Positions 9,371-19,700 of a DNA stretch of 64,000 nucleotides are shown piece after piece. Below the pieces are notes generated by a model, which saw only the letters and a program-made list of their open reading frames with translations, searched no databases and was not told where the DNA came from. The stretch spans positions 64,001 through 128,000 of the forward strand of contig CBFGTS010000005.1 of assembly GCA_965652295.1 (NCBI GenBank), given 5' to 3'. This DNA comes from an uncultured Haloferula sp. GTDB taxonomy: Bacteria > Verrucomicrobiota > Verrucomicrobiia > Verrucomicrobiales > Akkermansiaceae. How positions within the stretch are numbered: position 1 is the first letter of the stretch; every line of letters begins with the position of its first letter. Both the position numbers and the translations under genes were made by a program.

Positions 9371-11482
9371 ATGCATCCTTTTCTCGCCGAAAGCTTCCAC
9401 GTCCGTTGGTCCACGCTGGTGGCCACAGCCATCGAGCCGGACATCCGGCACGCCCTTGAGCTGGCGAAGGAAAACATCCGCGCCATCGCCGAACAGGACC
9501 CCGCCACGGCCAGCTACGAATCCACCTTCGGAGCGCTTGAGGACGCCACCGAGCTGCTCGACCGCGGCTGGGGCCGGCTGAACCACCTGGATTCCGTCTG
9601 CGACTACCCGGAGCAGCGCGCGGCGCTGAATGCGATGCTGCCGGAGGTATCCGAGTTCTATTCCTCCATTCCGCTCGACCCGAAGCTGTGGTCGATCCTC
9701 CACGCCTTCGGCGAATCGGCGGCCGTCGATCAGCTCGATCCGATCCGCCGGCGCTTCGTCGAGGAAACGATGCAGGATTTCATCCAGGCCGGGGCCAATC
9801 TGCCCGCCGAGGACAAGGAGCAGGTCGCCGCCATCCAGGCGGAGCTTTCCAAGCTGACCAAGAAATACTCCGAGCACGTGCTCGACTCGACCAATGCCTG
9901 GGAGCTGGTGATCGAAGATGAGACAAAGCTCGCCGGTCTGCCGGAATCCGCCAAGGCTGCCGCGTTGGCCAATGCCAAGACCAAGGGGTTGGCCACCGAC
10001 GACAAGCCCGCCTGGAGGTTCACGCTGCAGTTTCCCTCGATGTTCCCGGTGATGCAGCATCTCGATGACGACGGCATCCGCCGCCAGGTTTGGGAAGCTT
10101 CGGTCGCCATCGCCTCGGAGGACGACCGTGACAACACGCCGCTGGTTTGGAAAATCCTCGAGCTGCGGCAGAAGAAGGCCGAACTTCTGGGCCACCCGCA
10201 TTTCCCGGACCTCACGCTGCTCCGGCGGATGGCGAAAAACGGCGAAACGGCGCTCAAGTTCGTCGAAGACCTCCACGACCGGATCGCCGCTCCTTTCGAA
10301 AACGAATGCCGCGAGCTCGCTGCCTACAAAGCCGCCAAGGCCGGGACCATCGAGCAGCCGCTGGAGCCGTGGGAAACGGCCTACTGGGCGGAGAAGCGCC
10401 GCAAGGAGCAGTACGATCTGGATGACGAGGCGCTGCGCCCGTATTTCCCGGTGGACCGCGTGATGGCCGGCATGTTCGAGCTGAGCTCGAAGCTGTTCGG
10501 CATCCGCATCGAAGAACGGGAAGCCTCGTACTTCGAGCACGGCCAGCGGCCGGAAGGCAGCGAGGCGATCGAGGTCTGGCACCCGGAGGTGAAATTCTAC
10601 GACTTGCACGACGCCACCAGTGGCGAGCATCTCGGCTCGTTTTACGCCGACTGGCACCCGCGCGAGCCGAAGCGCGGCGGCGCGTGGATGAACTGTCTGG
10701 AAACCGGCCTGCCACCGCATGATGGCAAGCCGCGCAAGCCGCACCTCGGCCTGATCACCGGCAACATGAGCCCGCCGGTCGATGGCAAGCCCGCCCTCCT
10801 GACCCACAACGAGGTCGAGACGATCTTCCACGAATTCGGCCACCTGCTCCACGGCCTGCTCAGCGAAGTGCCGGTGCGCTCGCTGGCCGGCACGAACGTC
10901 CCGTGGGATTTCGTCGAGCTGCCTTCCCAGATCATGGAGAACTTCTGCTGGGACCGCGCCTCGCTCGATCTCTTCGCCCGCCATCACGAGACCGGCGAGC
11001 CGATCCCGGACGAGTTGTTCGACCGCATGATCGCCGCCCGCAACTACATGAGCGCCTCCGCCTTCATGCGGCAGCTCGCATTCGGGAAACTGGACCTCGA
11101 ATTGCACCTCCACCTCGACCGCTATGCCGGGCGGGATCTCGACGAGGTCGATGCCGAAATCCTGGCAGGCTACAAGGCGCCACTCGCCTCGCCCGTGCCG
11201 AGCATGGCTCGCCGCTTCGGTCATCTTTTCGGTTCCCCGACCGGCTATGCCGCCGGCTATTACTCCTACAAATGGGCGGAGGTACTCGATGCCGACGCCT
11301 TCACCCGTTTCCAGGCAGCCGGCGTGATTTCGGAGGAAACCGGCCGCGAGTTCCGCGAGCATATTCTTTCGAAAGGCAACTCCGTGCCCGTGGACGAGCT
11401 CTACCGCCGCTTCATGGGCCGCGATCCCGAGCTGGAACCCCTGCTCGCCCGCAGCGGCCTGGTGGCGGAACTCCTCGCCTGA
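9371..11482 (+). CDS. prlC: M3A oligopeptidase A-like metallopeptidase
   Basis: FHEFGHLLH, WDFVELPSQIMEN, KRGGAWMN and GYAAGYYSYKWAEVL motifs. Confidence 0.92.
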   Translation: MHPFLAESFHVRWSTLVATAIEPDIRHALELAKENIRAIAEQDPATASYESTFGALEDATELLDRGWGRLNHLDSVCDYPEQRAALNAMLPEVSEFYSSIPLDPKLWSILHAFGESAAVDQLDPIRRRFVEETMQDFIQAGANLPAEDKEQVAAIQAELSKLTKKYSEHVLDSTNAWELVIEDETKLAGLPESAKAAALANAKTKGLATDDKPAWRFTLQFPSMFPVMQHLDDDGIRRQVWEASVAIASEDDRDNTPLVWKILELRQKKAELLGHPHFPDLTLLRRMAKNGETALKFVEDLHDRIAAPFENECRELAAYKAAKAGTIEQPLEPWETAYWAEKRRKEQYDLDDEALRPYFPVDRVMAGMFELSSKLFGIRIEEREASYFEHGQRPEGSEAIEVWHPEVKFYDLHDATSGEHLGSFYADWHPREPKRGGAWMNCLETGLPPHDGKPRKPHLGLITGNMSPPVDGKPALLTHNEVETIFHEFGHLLHGLLSEVPVRSLAGTNVPWDFVELPSQIMENFCWDRASLDLFARHHETGEPIPDELFDRMIAARNYMSASAFMRQLAFGKLDLELHLHLDRYAGRDLDEVDAEILAGYKAPLASPVPSMARRFGHLFGSPTGYAAGYYSYKWAEVLDADAFTRFQAAGVISEETGREFREHILSKGNSVPVDELYRRFMGRDPELEPLLARSGLVAELLA

Positions 11483-11551
11483 TCCGGGCGAGCTTCTGGC
11501 GTCATCGAGAGCTTGCCATGCCGCCCTCGAGTGGGCTTGGATGGCAGGATC

Positions 11552-12976
11552 ATGAAAAAGTCCGCCTTCCTCCCGGGCAGGGTTTTCCTCTTTCTGACCT
11601 CCGTTCTGTCGGCCGGCGACCTGGCCGACATCCAGCTTGAGATGACGAAGGTGGTTGATCTGCCCTTTGTCGCCACCGACCTCAAGGCCCCTCCCGACGG
11701 AAGCAACCGGCTGTTTGCTCTCAGCACGAGCGGCGAGATCCGCATCATTGATCTTGAAGCCGGTAGCGTCTCGGCCACGCCATTCATGCAGGTCCCGGAC
11801 GTCCTGCTCGGAGCCGGGGAACGCGCGGCCTACTCGCTGGCGTTTCACCCGGACTACACCAGCAACGGTTTCTTCTACGTCCACCATGCCATTTCGGGAA
11901 ACCCGATTGCCGGTGCAACCACCGGCAACCGCATCGTCCGCTTTCAGGCCACCGATACCACGACCGCCGATCCGGGCAGCGCGCTGGTTCTTCTGGAGAC
12001 CGACAAGTACTCCAACTTCCACTTCGGAGGCACCCTCGAGTTCGGGCCCGACGGGTACCTCTACGTCGCCATCGGCGATGACGAACGTTTCGGAGGGAGT
12101 CCGCAGGAGCTCTTCAACCTCATGGGGAAGATCCTTCGTCTCGACGTCGATATGCCCTCGGGAGGCCGCAATTACGGGATCCCCGCCGACAACCCGGTGG
12201 CGGCAGGGACTGGCTTTCAGGAGATCCTCATCAGGGGTTTGCGTAACCCGTGGCGTTTCTCGTTCGACCGTGACACGGGTGCGCTCTGGATCGCGGATGT
12301 CGGCGAGGATGGTTGGGAGGAGATCAGCCGCATCGAGTCCTACACCTCCCCTTCTTCACCCCCGGACTGCGGGTGGCCCTACTACGAAGGGAACGAGGTT
12401 TTCGATGCCTTTGCAACGGTCCCGGTGGATCCCGTGCCGCCGGTCCACGTGTACGGTCACACCGGCACGCCTCCAAACCGGAGCGTGACCGGCGGCTACG
12501 TGTATCGGGGCTCACGCTTTCCACGCATGCAGGGCGTGTATTTTTTCGGTGACTACATCACGGCGAGCATTTCCGGTCTCGAACATGACGGCACCTGGAC
12601 CGCCCGCGAGCTGGCGGATCATCCGAATTTCGAAACCATCACCACCTTCGGCGAAGACGCGGTGGGCGAGCTTTATGTTGCTCTGTCACTTGGTGTTTAT
12701 CACTTGGGAGACACCCTCGAAACCACCTCCGAGACTCTTGTGGTCGTGGACGCTGGCATCAATGTCTCCGGGTTCTTCCAAGTCACCGTGACCGGGACGC
12801 AGGAAGCCTCGCTCCAGCTTCAGCGCCGCGACGATCTCGGCTCGGGATCTTGGGAGAACATCGGCGGCCCTGTGGTCGTCGGCTCCACGGATGTGACCTT
12901 GACCGATATCACCGGAACCGTGCCGTCTCTCCTCCACCCCCGGCGCTTCTACCGCGTCATGCAGACCCTCCCCTGA
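11552..12976 (+). CDS. PQQ-dependent glucose/sorbosone dehydrogenase family protein with extra C-terminal domain
   Basis: AFHPDY, HFGGTLEFGPDGYLYVAIGD, GKILRLD, GLRNPWRFSFD and SVTGGYVYRG motifs. Confidence 0.88.
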   Translation: MKKSAFLPGRVFLFLTSVLSAGDLADIQLEMTKVVDLPFVATDLKAPPDGSNRLFALSTSGEIRIIDLEAGSVSATPFMQVPDVLLGAGERAAYSLAFHPDYTSNGFFYVHHAISGNPIAGATTGNRIVRFQATDTTTADPGSALVLLETDKYSNFHFGGTLEFGPDGYLYVAIGDDERFGGSPQELFNLMGKILRLDVDMPSGGRNYGIPADNPVAAGTGFQEILIRGLRNPWRFSFDRDTGALWIADVGEDGWEEISRIESYTSPSSPPDCGWPYYEGNEVFDAFATVPVDPVPPVHVYGHTGTPPNRSVTGGYVYRGSRFPRMQGVYFFGDYITASISGLEHDGTWTARELADHPNFETITTFGEDAVGELYVALSLGVYHLGDTLETTSETLVVVDAGINVSGFFQVTVTGTQEASLQLQRRDDLGSGSWENIGGPVVVGSTDVTLTDITGTVPSLLHPRRFYRVMQTLP

Positions 12977-13051
12977 GCAGGGCACGCCGGCCTTGCCGAA
13001 AAGGGGTCGAGGCGCTTACGTCGGGTTCCGACCGACCCCGACCTTTCTTTC

Positions 13052-13672
13052 ATGCGCACCGGCATCCTCTACCTCGTCTCCGGTCCTTCGGGATCGGGGA
13101 AATCCACGCTCTGCCGTCGGTTGGAATCCGAAGGCGAGGCGGAGTTCTCCGTTTCCTGCACCACCCGCCAGCCGCGCGAGGGGGAGGTAGGCGGGCGCGA
13201 TTACCACTTCATCGATCGGGCCGAGTTCGACCGGCGGGTTGCCGCGGGCGATTTCGTTGAGCATGCCGAGGTCCACGGGAATTGCTACGGCACCCTCCGT
13301 AGCGAAGTGGTCGAGCGTCTCAAAGCGGGCATCGACGTGGTCATGGACATCGACGTCCAGGGGGCGGCGCAGGTGCGCGCTTCGCAGGACCCGCTGATCC
13401 GCCTCGCCCTGGTGGATCTCTTCGTCATGCCGCCGAACGAGCGCGAACTCGCCGCCCGCCTCAAGGGCCGCGCGACGGACAGCGACGAGGTCATCGAGCT
13501 GCGCTTGCGCAACGCCATCGAAGAAATGGCCCACTGGGACGAGTACCAGTACCGCCTTGTTTCCGCGACCCGGGAGGAGGACTACGTCCGTTTCAAGGCG
13601 CTGCTCCTCGGCGAACGGCTGCGGGTTTCGAGATTGGAAGACGGACAGGAAGAGCCCAGCATCCACCCATGA
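13052..13672 (+). CDS. gmk: Guanylate kinase
   Basis: SGPSGSGKST, SVSCTTRQPREGEVGGRDYHF and DIDVQGA motifs. Confidence 0.97.
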   Translation: MRTGILYLVSGPSGSGKSTLCRRLESEGEAEFSVSCTTRQPREGEVGGRDYHFIDRAEFDRRVAAGDFVEHAEVHGNCYGTLRSEVVERLKAGIDVVMDIDVQGAAQVRASQDPLIRLALVDLFVMPPNERELAARLKGRATDSDEVIELRLRNAIEEMAHWDEYQYRLVSATREEDYVRFKALLLGERLRVSRLEDGQEEPSIHP

Positions 13673-14193
13673 ACATCGTCGTCGGCATCACGGGATCGAT
13701 CGCGGCCTACAAGGCGGCGGAGCTGGCTTCGCGGCTGGTCAAGGCAGGGCACCGGGTGGATGTGGCGATGACCCGGGCGGCCACCGAGTTCATCGCGCCG
13801 CTGACGTTGCAGACGCTGACCCAGCGGCCGGTGCTGGTAAGTCTGGAGGATGAGAAACAGAGCTGGAAACCGGGCCACATCGAACTGGCGGATGAGGCGG
13901 ACCTGCTGCTGGTGGCTCCGCTCTCGGCCAATACGCTCGGCAACTTCGCCCACGGATTGGCACCCGATCCGTTGTCGTCGATCTACCTGGCGCTGCCGCG
14001 TACGACGCCTGTCGTACTTGCGCCGGCGATGAACGGCAAGATGTGGCTTCATCCCGCGACACAACGGAATGTGGCGCTTTTACGGGAGGATGGCTGCCGT
14101 TTCATCGGCCCGGCGGAAGGCCAGCTCGCCTGCGGATATGAGGGAATCGGGCGGATGGCGGAAGTGGACGAAATCCTCGCAGGCCTGCCCTGA
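13669..14193 (+). CDS. coaC: Phosphopantothenoylcysteine decarboxylase (stand-alone CoaC, HFCD flavoprotein)
   Basis: GITGSIAAYKA, HIELA, APAMNGKMWLHP and LACG motifs. 174 aa with no CoaB domain; ATGA overlap with gmk. Confidence 0.85.
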   Translation: MNIVVGITGSIAAYKAAELASRLVKAGHRVDVAMTRAATEFIAPLTLQTLTQRPVLVSLEDEKQSWKPGHIELADEADLLLVAPLSANTLGNFAHGLAPDPLSSIYLALPRTTPVVLAPAMNGKMWLHPATQRNVALLREDGCRFIGPAEGQLACGYEGIGRMAEVDEILAGLP

Positions 14194-14199
14194 GGCCGA

Positions 14200-15816
14200 T
14201 CAGGCCTCTGCCGCGACGGGGGCGGGCGCGAGTTCGGCGGCGAGCAGGCAGACATCGTCGTCGAAACGGTTTTCCTCGGCGTGGGAAAGCACGGTGCGGA
14301 CGATGTGTTGGAGGGAGTCCTCCAGTGGGAGGTCGCGCGTTTCCACCGCGGCTTCGGCGAGGCGGTGCTCCATGAAGGCCTGGCCGGACTCGTCCTCGGC
14401 CTCGGTGATGCCGTCGGTGAAAAGCAGCAGCCGCTGGCCGCAGTGAAGCGGCTCGGTCATGGTAGGGAAACGGGCGTCGGGGATGAGCCCGAGACCGGGT
14501 CCGCGCTGGGACTTCTCCGAGGAAAGGGTGGTGATGTTTTTCTCCCCGATCAGTAGCGCGCAGGGGTGGCCGGCGCAGGCGCAGCGGATCTCGGCCTCAC
14601 CGAGATCGATCACCGCATAGTAGGCGGTGGCGAACATGGTGATGCCGGCGCGCTCGAAAATGGCGGAGAGGCCGCGGTTGAGGCCGGTGAGGAACTTCGA
14701 GGGATCTGTGGCATTGCGGCGCTCTTTTTCCAGAAGTCCGCGGAGCATCGCCACGACCAGAGCGGAGCGGACGCCGTGGCCCATGACGTCGCAAACCAGC
14801 AGGCCGACGCGATCGGTTCCCAAGGGAACGATCTCGAAAAAGTCGCCGGCAAGCCCGGAGATGGGCAGGTAACGGGAAGCGAAATTGAGGGTGAGCCCGC
14901 CTCCGGAAACCTCCGGGACCTCGGGCCGGGCGAAGGCCTGCTGGATCTCGCGGGCGAGGTGGACTTCCTCCTCGTAGGCTTGGTTGCGTTCCGCGAGTTC
15001 GCGGGCGAGCGCGGCGGTTTGCTGCTCGGCAAGGACCAGCTTGGTGACGTCGCTCGAGACCCCGAAGGTGCCGCGCATGTTGCCGTTCTTGCCGATCCAG
15101 GGGAACTTGGAGGTGAGCACCCATGTGGTCTGGCCGTCCTCGCGGACTTCTTCTTCGAGCTTGCCGGTGATCGGAGCGCCGGTGGCCATGATCTGCTTCT
15201 CGTCGGTCTCGGCCTCCTCCCAGTGGGCGGCGGCGAAAATGTCGCGGTCGTGTTTGCCGACCATGTCCTTCGGGTGCTCGAACCCGTTCCACTGGGCCAT
15301 CTTGTTGTTGACCACCATGAAGCGGGATCCGCTGTCTTTGAAGTAAACCATCAGGGGCACGTGGTCGATGAGGTCGCGCAGCAGGTGGCGCTCCTCGTCG
15401 ATCTGCGCTTCCGCTTTTTTACGGCGGGAAATGTCGATCATCGACCCGGCGATGCGCTTGGCCTCGCCCTTGCGGTCGCGGACGACCGCGCCACGGATTC
15501 TCAGCCAGAGCCAGTCTCCGGAGCCGGTGCGGACGCGGCTGTCGACGCCGAAAATCTCCGGCCCGCCCTGGCTCAGGGCACCGCGCAGGTTGGCGGCGAA
15601 GCTTTCCTGATCGTCCGGATGGATCGAGGTGTGGGGCGGAAGGAAGATGTTCGGCGGCCGCCGGTCGCCACATTCGAGGAACTCGAGGATACGGCGGGAA
15701 TAGTAGATATCCTCGCGGTCCGTCCACCAGTCCCAGATGCCTTCGTTCGAGGCGCGGAGGGCGAGTTCGAGCCGGGGGTCGGACGAGTCCGGCGTAGTGT
15801 CCGGTGGTGGCGTCAT
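14200..15816 (-). CDS. PAS-PAS sensor fused to a SpoIIE/PP2C (RsbU-like) phosphatase
   Basis: EGIWDW and YFKD PAS segments; LAREIQQAF, GDFF, CDVMGHGVRSA, LFTDGITE and DDVC motifs. Confidence 0.93.
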   Translation of the reverse strand: MTPPPDTTPDSSDPRLELALRASNEGIWDWWTDREDIYYSRRILEFLECGDRRPPNIFLPPHTSIHPDDQESFAANLRGALSQGGPEIFGVDSRVRTGSGDWLWLRIRGAVVRDRKGEAKRIAGSMIDISRRKKAEAQIDEERHLLRDLIDHVPLMVYFKDSGSRFMVVNNKMAQWNGFEHPKDMVGKHDRDIFAAAHWEEAETDEKQIMATGAPITGKLEEEVREDGQTTWVLTSKFPWIGKNGNMRGTFGVSSDVTKLVLAEQQTAALARELAERNQAYEEEVHLAREIQQAFARPEVPEVSGGGLTLNFASRYLPISGLAGDFFEIVPLGTDRVGLLVCDVMGHGVRSALVVAMLRGLLEKERRNATDPSKFLTGLNRGLSAIFERAGITMFATAYYAVIDLGEAEIRCACAGHPCALLIGEKNITTLSSEKSQRGPGLGLIPDARFPTMTEPLHCGQRLLLFTDGITEAEDESGQAFMEHRLAEAAVETRDLPLEDSLQHIVRTVLSHAEENRFDDDVCLLAAELAPAPVAAEA

Positions 15817-15871
15817 GGAGGTTGAATCAAGCAGACGGCCGGGCATCCGGCAAAACCTTTCCCCGGCCCGG

Positions 15872-16408
15872 TCAGCGGGGTTTCTCGAGCCATTCCCGGG
15901 TCAGCGGGCCGAAGTAGGCTTGCTCGGAAATGTCGGTCAACAGCATGCCTCCGGGGCCGAAGAACTTCCACTCGTGGCAGCCGTAGCAGAGCTGCAGCAC
16001 GCGGCGGGTGCCGGAGGAGGTCCAGACGATCGCATAGTCGGGATGGAACCCGGCGCAGGTGGTTTTCGGCCCCCAGGCTTGGTGGGATTCCGGGTCTTTG
16101 TAGAGATCGAGGACCCGCTCGATGTCTCCGCGCGGGACGCCCACGGGTTGTTCGAAGAACTTGAATCCTTCGATTTCAATCCAGCCGCCCTTTGCCACCT
16201 GCTGGTCGTAGGTGGCTCTTTGCGCCTCGGGATGGGCGAGGCCGCGATAGACCTTGGCATTCGAAGTATTTCCGAAATCGACCACCGCCTGCTGATGCGC
16301 GCGCGTCTCGACATCGCGCAGCGGAATTCCGCCGGACCAGCACGTGGATCCGGCGCAGGAGACGAGCAGGGCACAGACGGCCGGGAAAACCAGGAAGACC
16401 ACTTTCAT
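15872..16408 (-). CDS. Hypothetical lipoprotein with CxGFHPDY and CYGCH motifs
   Basis: Lipobox LVSC at residues 15-18; -35/-10-like hexamers upstream. Confidence 0.75.
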   Translation of the reverse strand: MKVVFLVFPAVCALLVSCAGSTCWSGGIPLRDVETRAHQQAVVDFGNTSNAKVYRGLAHPEAQRATYDQQVAKGGWIEIEGFKFFEQPVGVPRGDIERVLDLYKDPESHQAWGPKTTCAGFHPDYAIVWTSSGTRRVLQLCYGCHEWKFFGPGGMLLTDISEQAYFGPLTREWLEKPR

Positions 16409-16708
16409 GGCTCCGAATCTACCGCCGGGCCGGTCGCTGGCAACGGGTGAGTGGGAATGGGGTGGATGCCGGTCTCATCGCCTCCCGCCTCAGGAAACAA
16501 TTCCTGTGAGATTTTCTTCGCATTCTTCCGGAAGAAATGGCCGCCGAACTAAACTTCGAAGGGGCTGGAGGGGGTGTTGGGTGGCGTTGCCGTCAACCCA
16601 CCACTCCCGCATCAGGGTTATTCCTGGTGCGGAAGGAAGCGGGTTGCCGGCAACCGACGTCAGAACGAAGTCGCCTGATGGCACAACCCAGACTCTCGGA
16701 CCCAGACT

Positions 16709-19700
16709 ATGAAACCCAAGACAAGCTTCCTGCGCCCGCTTGGGCGGGGAGGGTATTTCCGCCGTAGAGCGAAGCCAGCCCGTGGATTCGCGTTGGTGAC
16801 GGTCACCATGCTGATGGCCCTGACCGCCATGCTGGCCATCGCGATGTTGAGCCTCGGCACGGTGGTGCTGCGCGGGAGCCGACATGGCGAAGCCCGCCAG
16901 GTGGCGGACTCTAATGCCCGCCTGGCATTGATGCTGGCGATGGGGGAACTCCAGAAGAACCTGGGCGATGATCGCCGCATCACCGCGGATGGCTCGATTC
17001 TTCTTGAGAACGATAATCCGGAGGATCCGCCGCCTGGAAGCGCGATGGTGGGGGTGTGGGAGTCCGACTACAGCACGATTTCCGAGGATGAGCGTGGCGG
17101 CGTGCCCGACTACGGCGGGCGGAAGGACGAGCATTTCCTGCGCTGGCTGATCTCCTCGGGGGATCCACTCGCGCTGGAGGACCCGGACTTCCAACCGCCG
17201 GTTGACGCGGAGGAGGCGGCGCTGCTCTATGGCAGGACGTTGGATGGGTTCGATCTCTACGGCGAGCTGGTGAAGGTGGGCGAGGACCACGTTCCGGGGG
17301 CCTACGCGTGGGCGGTGACCCAAAACGGTACCAAGGCGCAGATCAACGTGGGCAACGATGTGGAACGTCGCCACGTCAACGACGCGCTTGAAGCTCCGAC
17401 ACGGCCTAACGTCGAGGTGTCCGGTCTGGCATCGCAGCCGGAAGAGGGCTGGCACAAGCGGCGGGAGAGGCTCCTGAATATGGATCAGGCGTTGCTCGAT
17501 GAAGACCTCGGCATCGATCCTGCGGAGCGCGGCGAGGTCGCGCGCTCTTACACGACGGCATCCTATGGCGTGCAGGCGGACGTCACCCGCGGAGGCCTCC
17601 GCAAGGACCTGTCGCTCGCCTTCGAGCTCTCTGATTCGGATTTCAGAAGCGACTCGCTCGACGGCATTTCCAATCCGTTCGTTTCGGGTGAGGGTCCGGA
17701 TGGGGAGCGGCCGCTTTTCGAGCCCAACACCGATGGCGGGCCGGTCTCGATCGACGTGAACTACGGCCCCTTCAGCCTTGCCAATATTTTCAAGACCGGA
17801 GCCCCGCCGACCTTCCAGTCGCTGCGTTCGCATTACCGGATTTACAAACATACCTATCGATCAACCGGCGGCACGACCGCTTTGGCAAGACCGGTGACCA
17901 GCAGCTACTACCGGGACCGTACACCCCGCGGGACCGAGACCGGGATCCAACCGATCCTCGACCGGTTGCTGATGGCGTTCAGTTTGAGCGTCCAAGGTGG
18001 CGAAATGAACGTCGTGATCACGCCGGTGATCACCCTTTGGAATCCCTATAGCGTGGCGATCGAAGCGGAAGGCTTCGTGGCGTATCCATGGATGGACTTT
18101 CCCATTCACATCCAGTGGGAAATCTCCGGCTCGAGCCGGGTCAACAAAGGCAGTCACTTGAGCACCTTTCTCGGGAACAAGTATGTGAATCAGGGACACG
18201 GCCGGCAGGAGACGCCGTACTTTTACTTCGAGCTGACGGAGGACGGGCAGGGAGGCACGGATCAGCTCATTCATCTTGAACCCGGAGAGGTGAGGGTCTT
18301 CAAACCGGCTGACAAGACCCCGGTCCCGTTCACCCGCCAACCTCCTACGGCAACGGAGCAGGCGAAATACCAGGTGCTGACCTGCCGGATGCGGCCCGCG
18401 GCTCCGGGCGAAGCCGTCGGAAACTCCGGAGGGATCGCGATTTCCATGGAAAACTCATTCAAGCCGGAGAACAACCTCGGCGTGAGGTTCACGGGAAGGG
18501 AGTCGGTGAAGACCACCTTCTCGCTGGACGTCAGCCAATACCACTATCACGTCTCGCTGGAAGACGCCGGACGGATGAAAAGCGGCAGGCCGGATCAGTG
18601 GAACAAGATCCTCGACGCCCAGGTCCGCAGCGGCAGCCAGGCGAACATTCAGTTCACCTCGCCGAGCTACTCATCGCGCGCGCTGATGTCAGTGCCGCAG
18701 ATGGTCGGCGTGTTGGAGACCTTCCACCGCACCGCCGCGCAGGGCCGCAGCCAGCTTTCGGACATCGTCTACACCGTGAATCCCCAGCAGCGGTACGTGA
18801 ACGGTTATCTCTCCAGCGTTTCCGGCGTGGGCATGTCCCCGCACTACGAATCCAGCCTGCGGCAGGCGGCGGATTTCGCGGCTGTGAATTTCCAAACCAC
18901 TCCGGATGGTGAACGCTCGTATTACGGCGAGTCGAATGCCCCGCCCGGTGGAAGAGACTACCTGTCGTTTTTCGATCTGCCGGTGCGGCCGCCCATCTCT
19001 CTGGGCGTCTTTCAGCATGCCAACGTGATGGACACGGTCTTCGGACCCGCCAACACGATCGGAAACTCGTGGGCTTCCCCTTACATCAAGCGCACCGACG
19101 TGCGCTCGGTGCTGAGGCGCTCGGCCCTGGGTGACGTCATCAAACCCCGCGGCCTCGGCATCTACGATGGCTCCTATCTCATCAACAATGTCCTCTGGGA
19201 CGGCTATTTCCTTTCGTCCATCAGCCCCGACTCGACGCCCGGTTCCAGCGGCGGAGCCACGGCATGGGAGGAGGAAACCGCGCAAGTGACCCGCGATCTG
19301 GACGAAGTCATCGAGGAATGGGTGGAGAACTCCGCTCGCCGCCCCCTCCGCAACCCCCGCAACGTCCTTCACAAGGGTGGCTACAGCGATGAAGAGATCA
19401 TCGACCGGCTCACCGGCAGCAGTGGATTCGCCATGGCCGCCGCCCACCTGCTCACAGAAGGCAGCTTCAACGTGAACTCGACCCGGGTCGACGCGTGGAA
19501 GGCGATGCTGGCCAGCCTGCGCGGGCAGGAGTTCGAGTTGGAAAGCGGCACCGAGGTGGATCCCTCGAACGCCAGCCTGATGCCGCGTCTGACCCGGCCT
19601 ACAGGCGGGGCCAACGACCAGTGGAACGGCTATCGTCAGCTCAGTGATGATGAGATCGAAAATCTCGCCGAGAGGATCGTCACCGAAGTCCGCGAGCGTG

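Noticed and set aside
8810..12022. 1070-aa minus-strand ORF
   Set aside because: Antisense shadow of prlC and the PQQ dehydrogenase with no recognisable motifs. Long shadow ORFs are expected at high GC3.
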